This document shows positions 27,203 to 35,438 of a DNA stretch of 64,000 bases, in pieces (the stretch's first letter is position 1; every line of letters starts with the position of its first letter). The stretch covers positions 1,696 through 65,695 of the forward strand of contig DAOUJD010000033.1 of the NCBI GenBank assembly GCA_034423115.1, written 5' to 3'. Both the position numbers and the translations under genes were made by a program. The notes below the pieces were generated by a model. It had not been told where the DNA came from, searched no databases, and saw only the letters and a program-made list of their open reading frames with translations. The DNA comes from Dehalococcoidia bacterium (GTDB taxonomy: Bacteria > Chloroflexota > Dehalococcoidia > Lucifugimonadales > UBA3495).

Positions 27203-28231
27203 ATGGTTGATATAAACATCAAAGTCCCCGCTATCGAAAAGTTACTAGATTACACCGCTTCTGGTATCGGCGCTGTCGCGGGCCCAATATTTCTTCCTTG
27301 GCAAGCACTTTGGGAAGGGAAAGCGAAGCGTATTTCCGCTAAGACCGACGCCGATGTGCGCAGTATCCAAGCTAAATCAGAAGCTGACAGCCTGTCCATC
27401 ATTGCTGGCGCCCAAGCAGAAGCTCGGCGTTTCCTGACGACGACGGACGCACAGGTTAGTGGTACGGCGGATATCACACGCGACGATGTTGTCCAACACA
27501 TTGAGTTTCAGGGAAAGAAGCGATTAGCAAACGCCAAGGACATAGTGGCGGTCGCCGCTGACGTACTCGGCGACAAGGAAGTCACCGACCACGAGCCTGA
27601 CCCCGACTGGACCGCGCGATTTTTCGATTACGCTCAAGACGTTAGTTCCGAGGGTTTAAAGTCGATCTGGGCGCGAATCCTTGCTGGCGAGGTAGAAAAC
27701 CCGGGCCGGACTTCGCTGCGCACCTTATCGGCTCTTCGAGATATGACCCAGCGCGATGCTGAGATCTTCCATAACATGATGGAGTACGTGGTGAGCGATT
27801 TCATTCTGATCGATTACTGCGCGACCGCTTCCGGCAACAAAAAAGACGCGGAGATCATAGCTCTCAACAATATGGATCTGGCCTTTCCCAGCATGGTGGT
27901 AAACAGAAACATTAATTTGGGTGACGATGGAGCGTGGGCAATACAGCATCACGGCCACGTGTTGAAAATCGAAGGTACCGCAAACACAAAGCTCGACTCA
28001 TTTGCGCTGTCGCACGCGGTTTTAACACCTCAAGGTCGGGAGTTGGCTGCTTTCTGCACACACGAACCGAATCTTCAATATTTGGGGTTGCTCGCTGGAT
28101 GGTTGGCAGAGCACAACTGTACTCTTTCACTGGCACCCCTCATTTCAGTGGACGAAAACGGGCTGATGCACTACTCGACAAATGCGGTTCGCGTGATTGA
28201 ACCCGTAACTCACGCGGATATAATCGCATAA
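27203..28231 (+). CDS. DUF2806 domain protein
   Basis: PDWTARFFDYAQDVSSEGLKSIWARILAGEVENPGRTSLRTLSALRDMTQRDAEIF matches the DUF2806 core as I recall it; AT-richer islet. Confidence 0.6.
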   Translation: MVDINIKVPAIEKLLDYTASGIGAVAGPIFLPWQALWEGKAKRISAKTDADVRSIQAKSEADSLSIIAGAQAEARRFLTTTDAQVSGTADITRDDVVQHIEFQGKKRLANAKDIVAVAADVLGDKEVTDHEPDPDWTARFFDYAQDVSSEGLKSIWARILAGEVENPGRTSLRTLSALRDMTQRDAEIFHNMMEYVVSDFILIDYCATASGNKKDAEIIALNNMDLAFPSMVVNRNINLGDDGAWAIQHHGHVLKIEGTANTKLDSFALSHAVLTPQGRELAAFCTHEPNLQYLGLLAGWLAEHNCTLSLAPLISVDENGLMHYSTNAVRVIEPVTHADIIA

Positions 28232-28252
28232 GGGCGGGTTTCATACCCGCCC
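28232..28252. terminator. GC hairpin between convergent genes
   Basis: GGGCGGGT ttcat ACCCGCCC. Confidence 0.45.
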
Positions 28253-28289
28253 CTACCAGTTCGGTACCAACTGCAAGCGTAACAATGGC

Positions 28290-29357
28290 CTACCCCCGCC
28301 ACACGTGCCGCACCCCGCGCACGGACGCTAGGCGTTTTTCGGCGAGGAGGTCGGCGGCGCGGGCCGTGGAGATTTCCTTTTTGCTCGACGTGGCGAGAAC
28401 CGCCGCCATCTGCTCGTAGATTCGCTCGGTCTGCTGCCGGGAGCGGTCCGGGTTGTAGGGCTGTCCGATCTCAGCCGCGGCGTTGATGATGCCGCCGGCG
28501 TTGATCAGGAAGTCCGGCGCGTAGATGATGCCCCGGCGGTGGAGTTCCTCGCCGTCCTCGGGGGTCGCAAGCTGGTTGTTGGCGCCGCCGGCCACGATGC
28601 GGCAGTTCAGGCGGTCGATGGTCTCGGCGTTGATGACGCCGCCCAGGGCGCAGGGCGCGAAGATGTCGCACTCCACGTCGTAGATTTCGTCGGGATCGAC
28701 CACTTTGACGCCCATGTGGCGGGCCTTGTCCAGCGCGACCTCGCTGATGTCGGTGGCGAAGATGCGGGCGTCGTCCTCCAGCAGGTGCTCGGCGGTATGG
28801 GAGGCCACCTTACCGAATCCTTGCATGGCGATGGTGCGCCCGCGCAGCGAATCGTCGCCCCAGGCGTGGGCGGCGCAGGCGCGCATGCCCATGTAGATGC
28901 CCAGGCCGGTCATGATGGAGGTGTCGCCGCTGCCGCCCAGTGTCACGTCCAGGCCGACGACATGGTCGGTTTCCTGGTGGACGTATTCTAGGTCGCGGCC
29001 GGTGGTGCCGACGTCGGTGGTGGTGAGATAGCGCCCGCCCAGGGTATCGACGAACCGACCCCAGGCTCGCAGCAGCCCCTCAGTCTTGTCGGTGCGGGGG
29101 TCGCCGATGATGACACCCTTGCCGCCGCCCAGGTTCAGGCCGGCGGCCGCGGACTTGTAGGTCATGGCCTGGGAGAGTCGGAGGGCGTCGGCCAGCGCGT
29201 CGGCCTCGGAGGCATAGGGCCACATGCGGGTGCCGCCGCACGACGGGCCCAGCGTAGTATCGTGAATCGCGATGATACCGCGCAGGCCACTCTCGGGGTC
29301 GCTGTACATTGTGACTTGTTCGTGACCGTGTTTCACCATCTTATTGAGAACGTCCAT
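28290..29357 (-). CDS. ldh: leucine (Glu/Leu/Phe/Val family) dehydrogenase
   Basis: GPSCGGTRMWPY, AAAGLNLGGGKGVI catalytic-Lys motif; AGGAGG RBS. Confidence 0.85.
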   Translation of the reverse strand: MDVLNKMVKHGHEQVTMYSDPESGLRGIIAIHDTTLGPSCGGTRMWPYASEADALADALRLSQAMTYKSAAAGLNLGGGKGVIIGDPRTDKTEGLLRAWGRFVDTLGGRYLTTTDVGTTGRDLEYVHQETDHVVGLDVTLGGSGDTSIMTGLGIYMGMRACAAHAWGDDSLRGRTIAMQGFGKVASHTAEHLLEDDARIFATDISEVALDKARHMGVKVVDPDEIYDVECDIFAPCALGGVINAETIDRLNCRIVAGGANNQLATPEDGEELHRRGIIYAPDFLINAGGIINAAAEIGQPYNPDRSRQQTERIYEQMAAVLATSSKKEISTARAADLLAEKRLASVRGVRHVWRG

Positions 29358-29539
29358 AGCATCGCCTCCTGCTTGTGAGAGTATCGGTGGATGGAGCGAA
29401 GCGACGTGGGACTGGGTTTCCGCACGTAGAGGCCATCGCCTCTACTACTATTATAAAACACGATACCGGCCCCTCTGGACGCCTTGGGGTATAATCCCCG
29501 CAGTTTTATCCGCAGAATCAACATGAGGAGAACATCTAA

Positions 29540-30073
29540 ATGCCTCCCAAGCAGTACGAAAACCCGCCCGGCCTCGTGATCGAAGCGACCAAGGAATACC
29601 GGGCGATTATCAAGACCGACAAAGGCGACATGACGATCCAACTGATGCCCGAGGTCGCGCCACGAACGGTCAACAACTTCGTCTTCCTGGCCAAGGATGG
29701 CTTCTACGAAGACAACCAGTTCCACCGGGTGATCAACGGATTCATGATCCAGGGCGGTTGCCCGCAGGGCGACGGCACGGGCGGGCCGGGCTATCGGTTC
29801 CGCGACGAGGAGGTGACGCGTTCTTACACGCGGGGCACGCTGGCGATGGCTAACGCCGGCCCGAACACCAACGGCAGCCAGTGGTTCATCGTACACGGGG
29901 CCGATGTGGGACTGCCGCCGAACTACACCATTTTCGGCATGCTGACGGAGGGCGACGACGTGCTGGAGGCATTGGCGACGTCGCCGGTGCGCCAGAGCCG
30001 GGGCGGTGAAAACAGCCAACCCACCGAACGCCTTGCGATCCAGAACATCGAGATCACCGAGACTGACCGCTGA
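29540..30073 (+). CDS. cyclophilin-type peptidyl-prolyl cis-trans isomerase
   Basis: FHRVINGFMIQGGCP, MANAGPNTNGSQWFI. Confidence 0.9.
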   Translation: MPPKQYENPPGLVIEATKEYRAIIKTDKGDMTIQLMPEVAPRTVNNFVFLAKDGFYEDNQFHRVINGFMIQGGCPQGDGTGGPGYRFRDEEVTRSYTRGTLAMANAGPNTNGSQWFIVHGADVGLPPNYTIFGMLTEGDDVLEALATSPVRQSRGGENSQPTERLAIQNIEITETDR

Positions 30074-30118
30074 TAACCGCTGTTCCGTGCCGTAAGGGTC
30101 TGAATACGGCAAACACGG

Positions 30119-30146
30119 CAGGGGTGGGCTCCATAGCCTGCCCCTG
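30119..30146 (+). terminator. hairpin terminator candidate
   Basis: CAGGGGTGGGCT ccat AGCCTGCCCCTG (12 bp, two G-U) followed by AATATTTTA. Confidence 0.5.
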
Positions 30147-30259
30147 AATATTTTAGCGACGGCAAGCCGGGGAGGGTGCGCCGTTGTCATACGTCAATCC
30201 GTCCGGCCTGCATTGCCGCGGCAGGCCGGGCGAAGCTGGAAGCGTCGGCATGCGTGTGC

Positions 30260-31573
30260 ATGAAACTCCGACCAGGATCGCTGTACTACGGATGGGTCGT
30301 TGCCGGAGCGTCGGGGAGCATCGGGTTCGCCAACGCCGCATCCGCCATATCGATACTGACGATATTTGTCGTGCCCATGTCCCAGGAATTCGGATGGGGC
30401 CGCACAGAGATCGCCGGCGCAACGACGCTGGGAGCGATCCTGGGAGCGGCGTTGGCGCCGTTCATCGGGCGGCTGGTGGACCGGTTCGGATCGCGGCTGA
30501 CGCTGGTGATCGGCGGTGCCGTGATCGGGCTGGGCTGCGTGTACCTGTCGTTGATGCAGACCCTGACGGGTTTCTACGTCGCGTTCACGATTTCGCGCAT
30601 CGCAGACCAGGGCGGAGTCAAGATCGGCGCGACGGTGGCCGCCGGGAAGTGGTTCCAGCGGTACCGCGGACGAGCCACGGGGTTGGTGTTCCTGCTGGAG
30701 ACAGTGGGCGTGATTGTGCTGGCGCCCATGACGCAGTTGGTGATCGGCCAGTGGGGATGGCGCTCGGCGTGGCTGATGCTGGCAGGGCTGATGTTCGTGC
30801 TGGGCGTTATCCCGTGCGCGCTGTGGGTGCGACGGCAGCCGGAGGACATGGGGTTGAGCGTGGACGGCGACAGCCCGACGACCGGCACAGCAACGGCTCC
30901 CGATGCCAGTCCGCTCATGGTGAGCCTGTCGAACCACGAGCGGACCGCAGCCGACAAAGAGACTCCGGCTGCGGAAATCACAGTGGAGGAGCGGTCGCTG
31001 ACGCTGGGCCAGGCGGCGAAGACGCGGGTGTTCTGGGTCGCGCTGGTGTCGCTGTTTCTGGGCAGCAACGCGATGGCCGGGCCGGGGCTGCACCTGGTGC
31101 CGTACCTGACGGAGCGAGGACTCAGCGCGACGGCGGCGGTGGGAGCCATCAGCGTGATGGCCACGTCGGGCGCCGTGGGCGCGATGGGGTCGGGCATAGC
31201 CGCGGATCGAGTATCGCCGCGCTGGCTGATGGTAGGGTTGTACCTACTGGGCACGGCGGCGCTGACGCTGCTGGTGCAGACTGACACGCTGGTCGAGACC
31301 TATGCGGTGGTGATCCTGATGGGGCTGATCGGCACCGGGATCAACACGCTGGCGCCGTTGATGTGGGCGGCCAGCTACGGACGCGGGTCGCTGGGGGCGA
31401 TACACGGCGTGGGCCGCGCGTCACAAGTGTTGGGATTCGCCTTCGGGCCGCTGGTCGCGGGGATCGCGTATGACCGCACCGACACCTACCGGGAGGTTTT
31501 CCTGCTGATGGCGGGCGTGGCGGTGGTGGCGGCGGTTTTGATGGCAACGGCGCGGACGTGGCGGAGAGCGTAA
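30260..31573 (+). CDS. MFS transporter (OFA/MCT-like), paralog 1
   Basis: 12-TM layout; YYGWVV N-terminus shared with the other two MFS genes; central loop contains a REP-derived 11-codon block. Confidence 0.8.
   Translation: MKLRPGSLYYGWVVAGASGSIGFANAASAISILTIFVVPMSQEFGWGRTEIAGATTLGAILGAALAPFIGRLVDRFGSRLTLVIGGAVIGLGCVYLSLMQTLTGFYVAFTISRIADQGGVKIGATVAAGKWFQRYRGRATGLVFLLETVGVIVLAPMTQLVIGQWGWRSAWLMLAGLMFVLGVIPCALWVRRQPEDMGLSVDGDSPTTGTATAPDASPLMVSLSNHERTAADKETPAAEITVEERSLTLGQAAKTRVFWVALVSLFLGSNAMAGPGLHLVPYLTERGLSATAAVGAISVMATSGAVGAMGSGIAADRVSPRWLMVGLYLLGTAALTLLVQTDTLVETYAVVILMGLIGTGINTLAPLMWAASYGRGSLGAIHGVGRASQVLGFAFGPLVAGIAYDRTDTYREVFLLMAGVAVVAAVLMATARTWRRA
30911..30943. repeat. 33-bp REP unit lying in frame inside the MFS coding sequence
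   Basis: CCGCTCATGGTGAGCCTGTCGAACCACGAGCGG, identical to intergenic 40618-40650; translated PLMVSLSNHER. Confidence 0.8.
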
Positions 31574-31727
31574 GGGTGGGGGTAATTCGATCAGGGCGAC
31601 GTTCCATGTAGTTGATGCTTCGAAAGACTCGGGATGACCGGACTGTTCAGGCCGCGTTGTACATATTATTCCCCAACTCTTCATTTATAGTGGTACGATA
31701 TGATCAGAGAGTTGGAGGATTATTTCA

Positions 31728-32114
31728 TTGACCACCACATCAGTCCAGGATCAAATTGACGAACTGTTTGCCGACGCCCGCCAAATCCAGGCCCAGGCAG
31801 TCGAACGTCTAGAACAACACGACATTCGCGATGCGGCGGAGAAAGCCTGGTGCGCCACAAAACGCGCTACCGATGCCGTGATACTGGCCCGCACCGGAGA
31901 ACAACCTGGGCCCACCGGCCTCACCAGCGACGGCCTCGATGACCTGGTAGCGGCAGACCCGGCGGTGGCTCCGCTACAGGGCCGATACTACAGCCGCCTC
32001 AGTCAACTGCATGGCTCCTGCTTTTACACCGGAGCGTGCAATCGGCACACTGAGCGGCGCATCAGGGAAACCGCCGATTACATCGACGATGCCGAGGCGC
32101 TGGCCGCACAATAA
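31728..32114 (+). CDS. PaREP1-like/HEPN-like small protein, paralog 2 (divergent)
   Basis: DIRDAAEKAWCATKRATDAVI; TTG start with GGAGGA RBS. Confidence 0.45.
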   Translation: MTTTSVQDQIDELFADARQIQAQAVERLEQHDIRDAAEKAWCATKRATDAVILARTGEQPGPTGLTSDGLDDLVAADPAVAPLQGRYYSRLSQLHGSCFYTGACNRHTERRIRETADYIDDAEALAAQ

Positions 32115-32175
32115 CCAGCAGCGCCAGGGCAATCGCATTTCAATTGTCGGCCCTTGGATAAGACTCTCCCGGCCA

Positions 32176-32204
32176 CCGTCATACCGGCGAAAGCCGGTAT
32201 CCAG
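32176..32204. repeat. REP-like hairpin, family B
   Basis: CCGTCATACCGGCGAAAGCCGGTATCCAG (8-bp stem, GAAA loop). Confidence 0.65.
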
Positions 32205-32489
32205 TGCCTGAAATCGGCAGTTTCGCGGTCGCTTTCTTCATTCGGCGGCCTCTGGACTCCGGCTTGCGCCGGAGTGTCGGGCCTCTAAATTCCAAATGCG
32301 ATTGCCCTGCCAGCAACGCCCGCTATTCAATCCTTCTTCCGCCCGGGCTGCTTCAATCGGCCGAGGCAATCGGCGCGTCGCCGAATGCCCGCCGTGTGGA
32401 TTCAGTAGATTCGCAAACGAAGTGCAACATCTGATTATGGTGTTGCCATGGGAATGTACAATAAGCCTCAATGAAACGGACTGACACGG

Positions 32490-32768
32490 GTGATGACCAT
32501 GAACGACTGGAGCACATGCACGGCCATCGAGAGCCGCCCGGGCAAAGTCAGTGGCGCATGGATATTCAAAGGCACCAGGGTGCCGGTGTCTGCGCTTTTC
32601 AACAACTTAAAAGGTGGAGCCACCATCGACGAGTTCATGGAATGGTTCCCTGGGGTGACGCGCCACCAGGTGGAAGCTGTCCTGAGTCATCAGATCGCAT
32701 CATTGGAGAGCGGGCCCGACCATGAGGATACTGCTGGACCACAGCGTGCCGCGGCCTCTCAAGAATAA
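32490..32768 (+). CDS. DUF433 domain protein (antitoxin-like partner of PIN-like proteins)
   Basis: RPGKVSGAWIFKGTRVPVSALFNNLKGGATIDEFMEWFPGV. Confidence 0.7.
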   Translation: MMTMNDWSTCTAIESRPGKVSGAWIFKGTRVPVSALFNNLKGGATIDEFMEWFPGVTRHQVEAVLSHQIASLESGPDHEDTAGPQRAAASQE

Positions 32769-33059
32769 TTTGCCAGGGCACGACGCGGACACCGCTGCGG
32801 AAAGAGGGTGGCAGGAATTGCACAACGGTGAACTCCTGGATCGAGCCGAGGCGGACGGCTATGAGTTACTGATCACTGCCGACCAACAAATGCCCTTTCA
32901 ACAGAACTTTGCCCGAACGAATACTTTGCCCGAACGAATATCAGCGTCCTGATCCTTACCACCAACTCCTGGCCGGATTTACGACAACGCCTGGACTATG
33001 TGAACCAGGCTGTGAACGACCCGGGGCGCGACCAGATAACCGAATTGGGCATCCGGTAA
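32722..33059 (+). pseudogene. PIN-like (DUF5615-type) toxin gene frameshifted by a 17-bp tandem duplication
   Basis: MRILLDHSVP...ELLITADQQMPFQQNF. CTTTGCCCGAACGAATA occurs twice in tandem (32907-32923, 32924-32940). Deleting one copy restores ...ARTNISVLILTTNSWPDLRQRLDYVNQAVNDPGRDQITELGIR* ending at 33057-33059. Confidence 0.75.
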
Positions 33060-33088
33060 AGGCCCGTTCCTCCCGGCAGGTAAATCCG

Positions 33089-34492
33089 CTACGAGTCGTC
33101 GCCGGCAGCAGGGGCCGGAGCGGGCGCGGAGACCGTGGGTGTGGCTTCGGGGGTGGTCGGAATTTGCGGACGCTTGGCGAACAGGAAGCAGACGCCGCCG
33201 GCGTAGTTGAATCCGGCCAGCACCAGGAAGGCGACGGTGTACGTGCCGGTCCAGTCGTACATGTAACCGGCGAAGGGGCTGGAAATCAGCAGCAGGCCGT
33301 TCATGGGAATGGTGCTGATGCCCAGGATCTTGCCGAAGTTGCCGCGGCCGAAATACTCGCCCCTGATGGACGTGGTCAGCGGGTTGCGGCCGCCGAACCC
33401 TACTCCGAATATCACGGCGAAGGCGTAGAACATCCATAACTCGCTGCTGAAGGTGAGCAGCACCACCGCGCTGGCCTGGATGATGGTGAACACGAACAGG
33501 CCGATGCGCTTGGGGAACCGGTCGCCGACGTAGCCGCCCAGGGGCTGGGCAAACATGGACATGATGGTGTAGAGGATCACCACCGTGCCGGCGTATTCCT
33601 GGAGTCCCTCGTCCTTGAGGAGCAGGCCGAGGTGGGTGAAGATGGCCAGGATGATCATGCTGGTCATGCCGTGGCCGACGGCGATGAGCCAGAATGCCGG
33701 CGTGCGTACCGCCTGCTGTGCGGTGAGTCCCTGGGGCTGGGTTTGGGCCGCTGCGCCGCGCCGGGTCTGCGGCGTGTTCGTGCCCTCGGCCTGGAGTCCC
33801 ATGTCCTCGGGCCGGTTGCGGATGAGGTAGGACAGGGGGAACGCCACCGCTAGGATGAGAATGGCGATAATGAGGGCGACGTTTTCCCACCCGATGGCGC
33901 GGCCGACGTTCAGGGTGATACCGGTGAAGGGGACGCCCACGCTGCCATTGATGCCCAGGTCGATGAGGGGGATGACGATGAGCGCGCCGCCGCGGCTCAT
34001 GAAGTTGGCCCAGCCCATTGCGGAGGCCATGCGGCGGGAGAACCAGTTGTTGATGGTGGTCATCATGGGCACCCAGCTGCCCATGCCTTGGCCGGCGGCC
34101 ATCACCATGTAGGCCACGTAGAACATGTAGAGGGGCGCGACGGGCCAGAAGCCGGCGTCGATCTGCCAAAAGATCAGGAACCCGAGGCCCAGGATGATGA
34201 ACCCGATGAGGACCATCTTGCGGCCCCCGAGCTTGTCGGTGAGGTAGCCCTCCAACGGGCCCATGAGGCCGCCCTCGATGCGGGTGAGGGTCAGGGCTAG
34301 CGACAGTTGCCCGCGGGGCCAACTGAACTGGTTCTCCAGCGCGACGGCCCAGAGGGTCATGGCGTGGAACAGCGGGACGGTAGCGATCGTCATCACGAAA
34401 CCGGTCGCGAAGACGATGTACCAGCCGTAGTAGATGTTGGGCCGGCGGAATCCGAAACGCGAACCGCCGGACGGCGGCGCCTGGGTGGTCAT
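33089..34492 (-). CDS. MFS transporter (OFA-like), paralog 2
   Basis: 12-TM layout; IYYGWYIV N-terminus. Confidence 0.8.
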   Translation of the reverse strand: MTTQAPPSGGSRFGFRRPNIYYGWYIVFATGFVMTIATVPLFHAMTLWAVALENQFSWPRGQLSLALTLTRIEGGLMGPLEGYLTDKLGGRKMVLIGFIILGLGFLIFWQIDAGFWPVAPLYMFYVAYMVMAAGQGMGSWVPMMTTINNWFSRRMASAMGWANFMSRGGALIVIPLIDLGINGSVGVPFTGITLNVGRAIGWENVALIIAILILAVAFPLSYLIRNRPEDMGLQAEGTNTPQTRRGAAAQTQPQGLTAQQAVRTPAFWLIAVGHGMTSMIILAIFTHLGLLLKDEGLQEYAGTVVILYTIMSMFAQPLGGYVGDRFPKRIGLFVFTIIQASAVVLLTFSSELWMFYAFAVIFGVGFGGRNPLTTSIRGEYFGRGNFGKILGISTIPMNGLLLISSPFAGYMYDWTGTYTVAFLVLAGFNYAGGVCFLFAKRPQIPTTPEATPTVSAPAPAPAAGDDS

Positions 34493-34571
34493 GACAAAAG
34501 CGCAAAAATAGCGTCCGCGCCGGGCGGATCCACCAGAGGTGGACCGGAGGCGGACGGTTACGTAGCGACGC

Positions 34572-34799
34572 TTATTCTACGCCTTTTGGGAATATGGGCA
34601 CAAGGCATAATGTGTGATGACGAATATCACGGGATACGCCTGTTGGTATCGTTGGAGAGGCGGTGTTGATCGGTGCCTTGCGACGCTTGGGGTGGTGCCC
34701 GCACTGGAGGCAGATCCAGTCGGAATCGCGGCGGTTCTCAAAATTCACGTAGAGGTCGCCGCCGCAACGCCGGCAGCCTCGAAAGACATATCTGGTCAA
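34572..34799 (-). CDS. small zinc-ribbon protein
   Basis: CRRCGG-x17-CLQCG (CxxC...CxxC); TTG start with AGGAG RBS. Confidence 0.45.
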   Translation of the reverse strand: MTRYVFRGCRRCGGDLYVNFENRRDSDWICLQCGHHPKRRKAPINTASPTIPTGVSRDIRHHTLCLVPIFPKGVE

Positions 34800-34979
34800 G
34801 AGTGGCTCCTGTAACCGTAGTTGGGATTTTTCGCCCTCCTATCAGTTTTGGAGCAGCAGGATCATAATAGTATATGTGTTCGCTTTTGGTGAAGGGCGTA
34901 GTGTCACTGCGTTGACATATATAACGACAAATGACACGATTGGCGCATACAGAGTCACCCATGGGAGTACAATAGACCC

Positions 34980-35429
34980 ATGCCGCCCGCCACCTACACG
35001 GAAGCGCCCGCGTTGCGGAACGAACGCATCGGAAAGCACCTGGCAAAATGCCGGGAATACTGGCTGAAGTGTCCGGCCTACCTGGAGGAAGGCGACCTGT
35101 GCCAGGCGGGAGAGAAGGCGTGGGGTGCCGTGGCGCAGATGACCAAAGCGGTGGCCAGCGAACGGGGTTGGCGGCATTTCCTGCATCGAGAACTGCTGGC
35201 GGCGATCAGGCAGATTGCCGACGAGTCGGATGACCACATCACGATCCGCGAGTCCATAGAGTTAGTGCGGTCGATGCACCCCGAATCCTATGAAGTGAAC
35301 CTGGATCGGATCACAGTGGAAATGGGCATGGCCCGGGCTGCGATACTGCTGGAAACGTTCTGGCAGTTGTTGCCGGAGCACCACACGGGCGGGATGTCGT
35401 TCGGGGAGTGGCTGGCGCAGGCGGACTGA
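34980..35429 (+). CDS. PaREP1-like (HEPN-like) small protein, paralog 3
   Basis: LEEGDLCQAGEKAWGAVAQMTKAVASERGW parallels paralog 1. Confidence 0.5.
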   Translation: MPPATYTEAPALRNERIGKHLAKCREYWLKCPAYLEEGDLCQAGEKAWGAVAQMTKAVASERGWRHFLHRELLAAIRQIADESDDHITIRESIELVRSMHPESYEVNLDRITVEMGMARAAILLETFWQLLPEHHTGGMSFGEWLAQAD

Positions 35430-35438
35430 GGGAACGTC

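Noticed and set aside
32979-34505. 508-aa ORF overlapping the MFS gene in another frame on the same strand
   Set aside because: The translation is dominated by P/R/H/G runs. The alternative frame 33089..34492 gives a clean 12-TM MFS protein.
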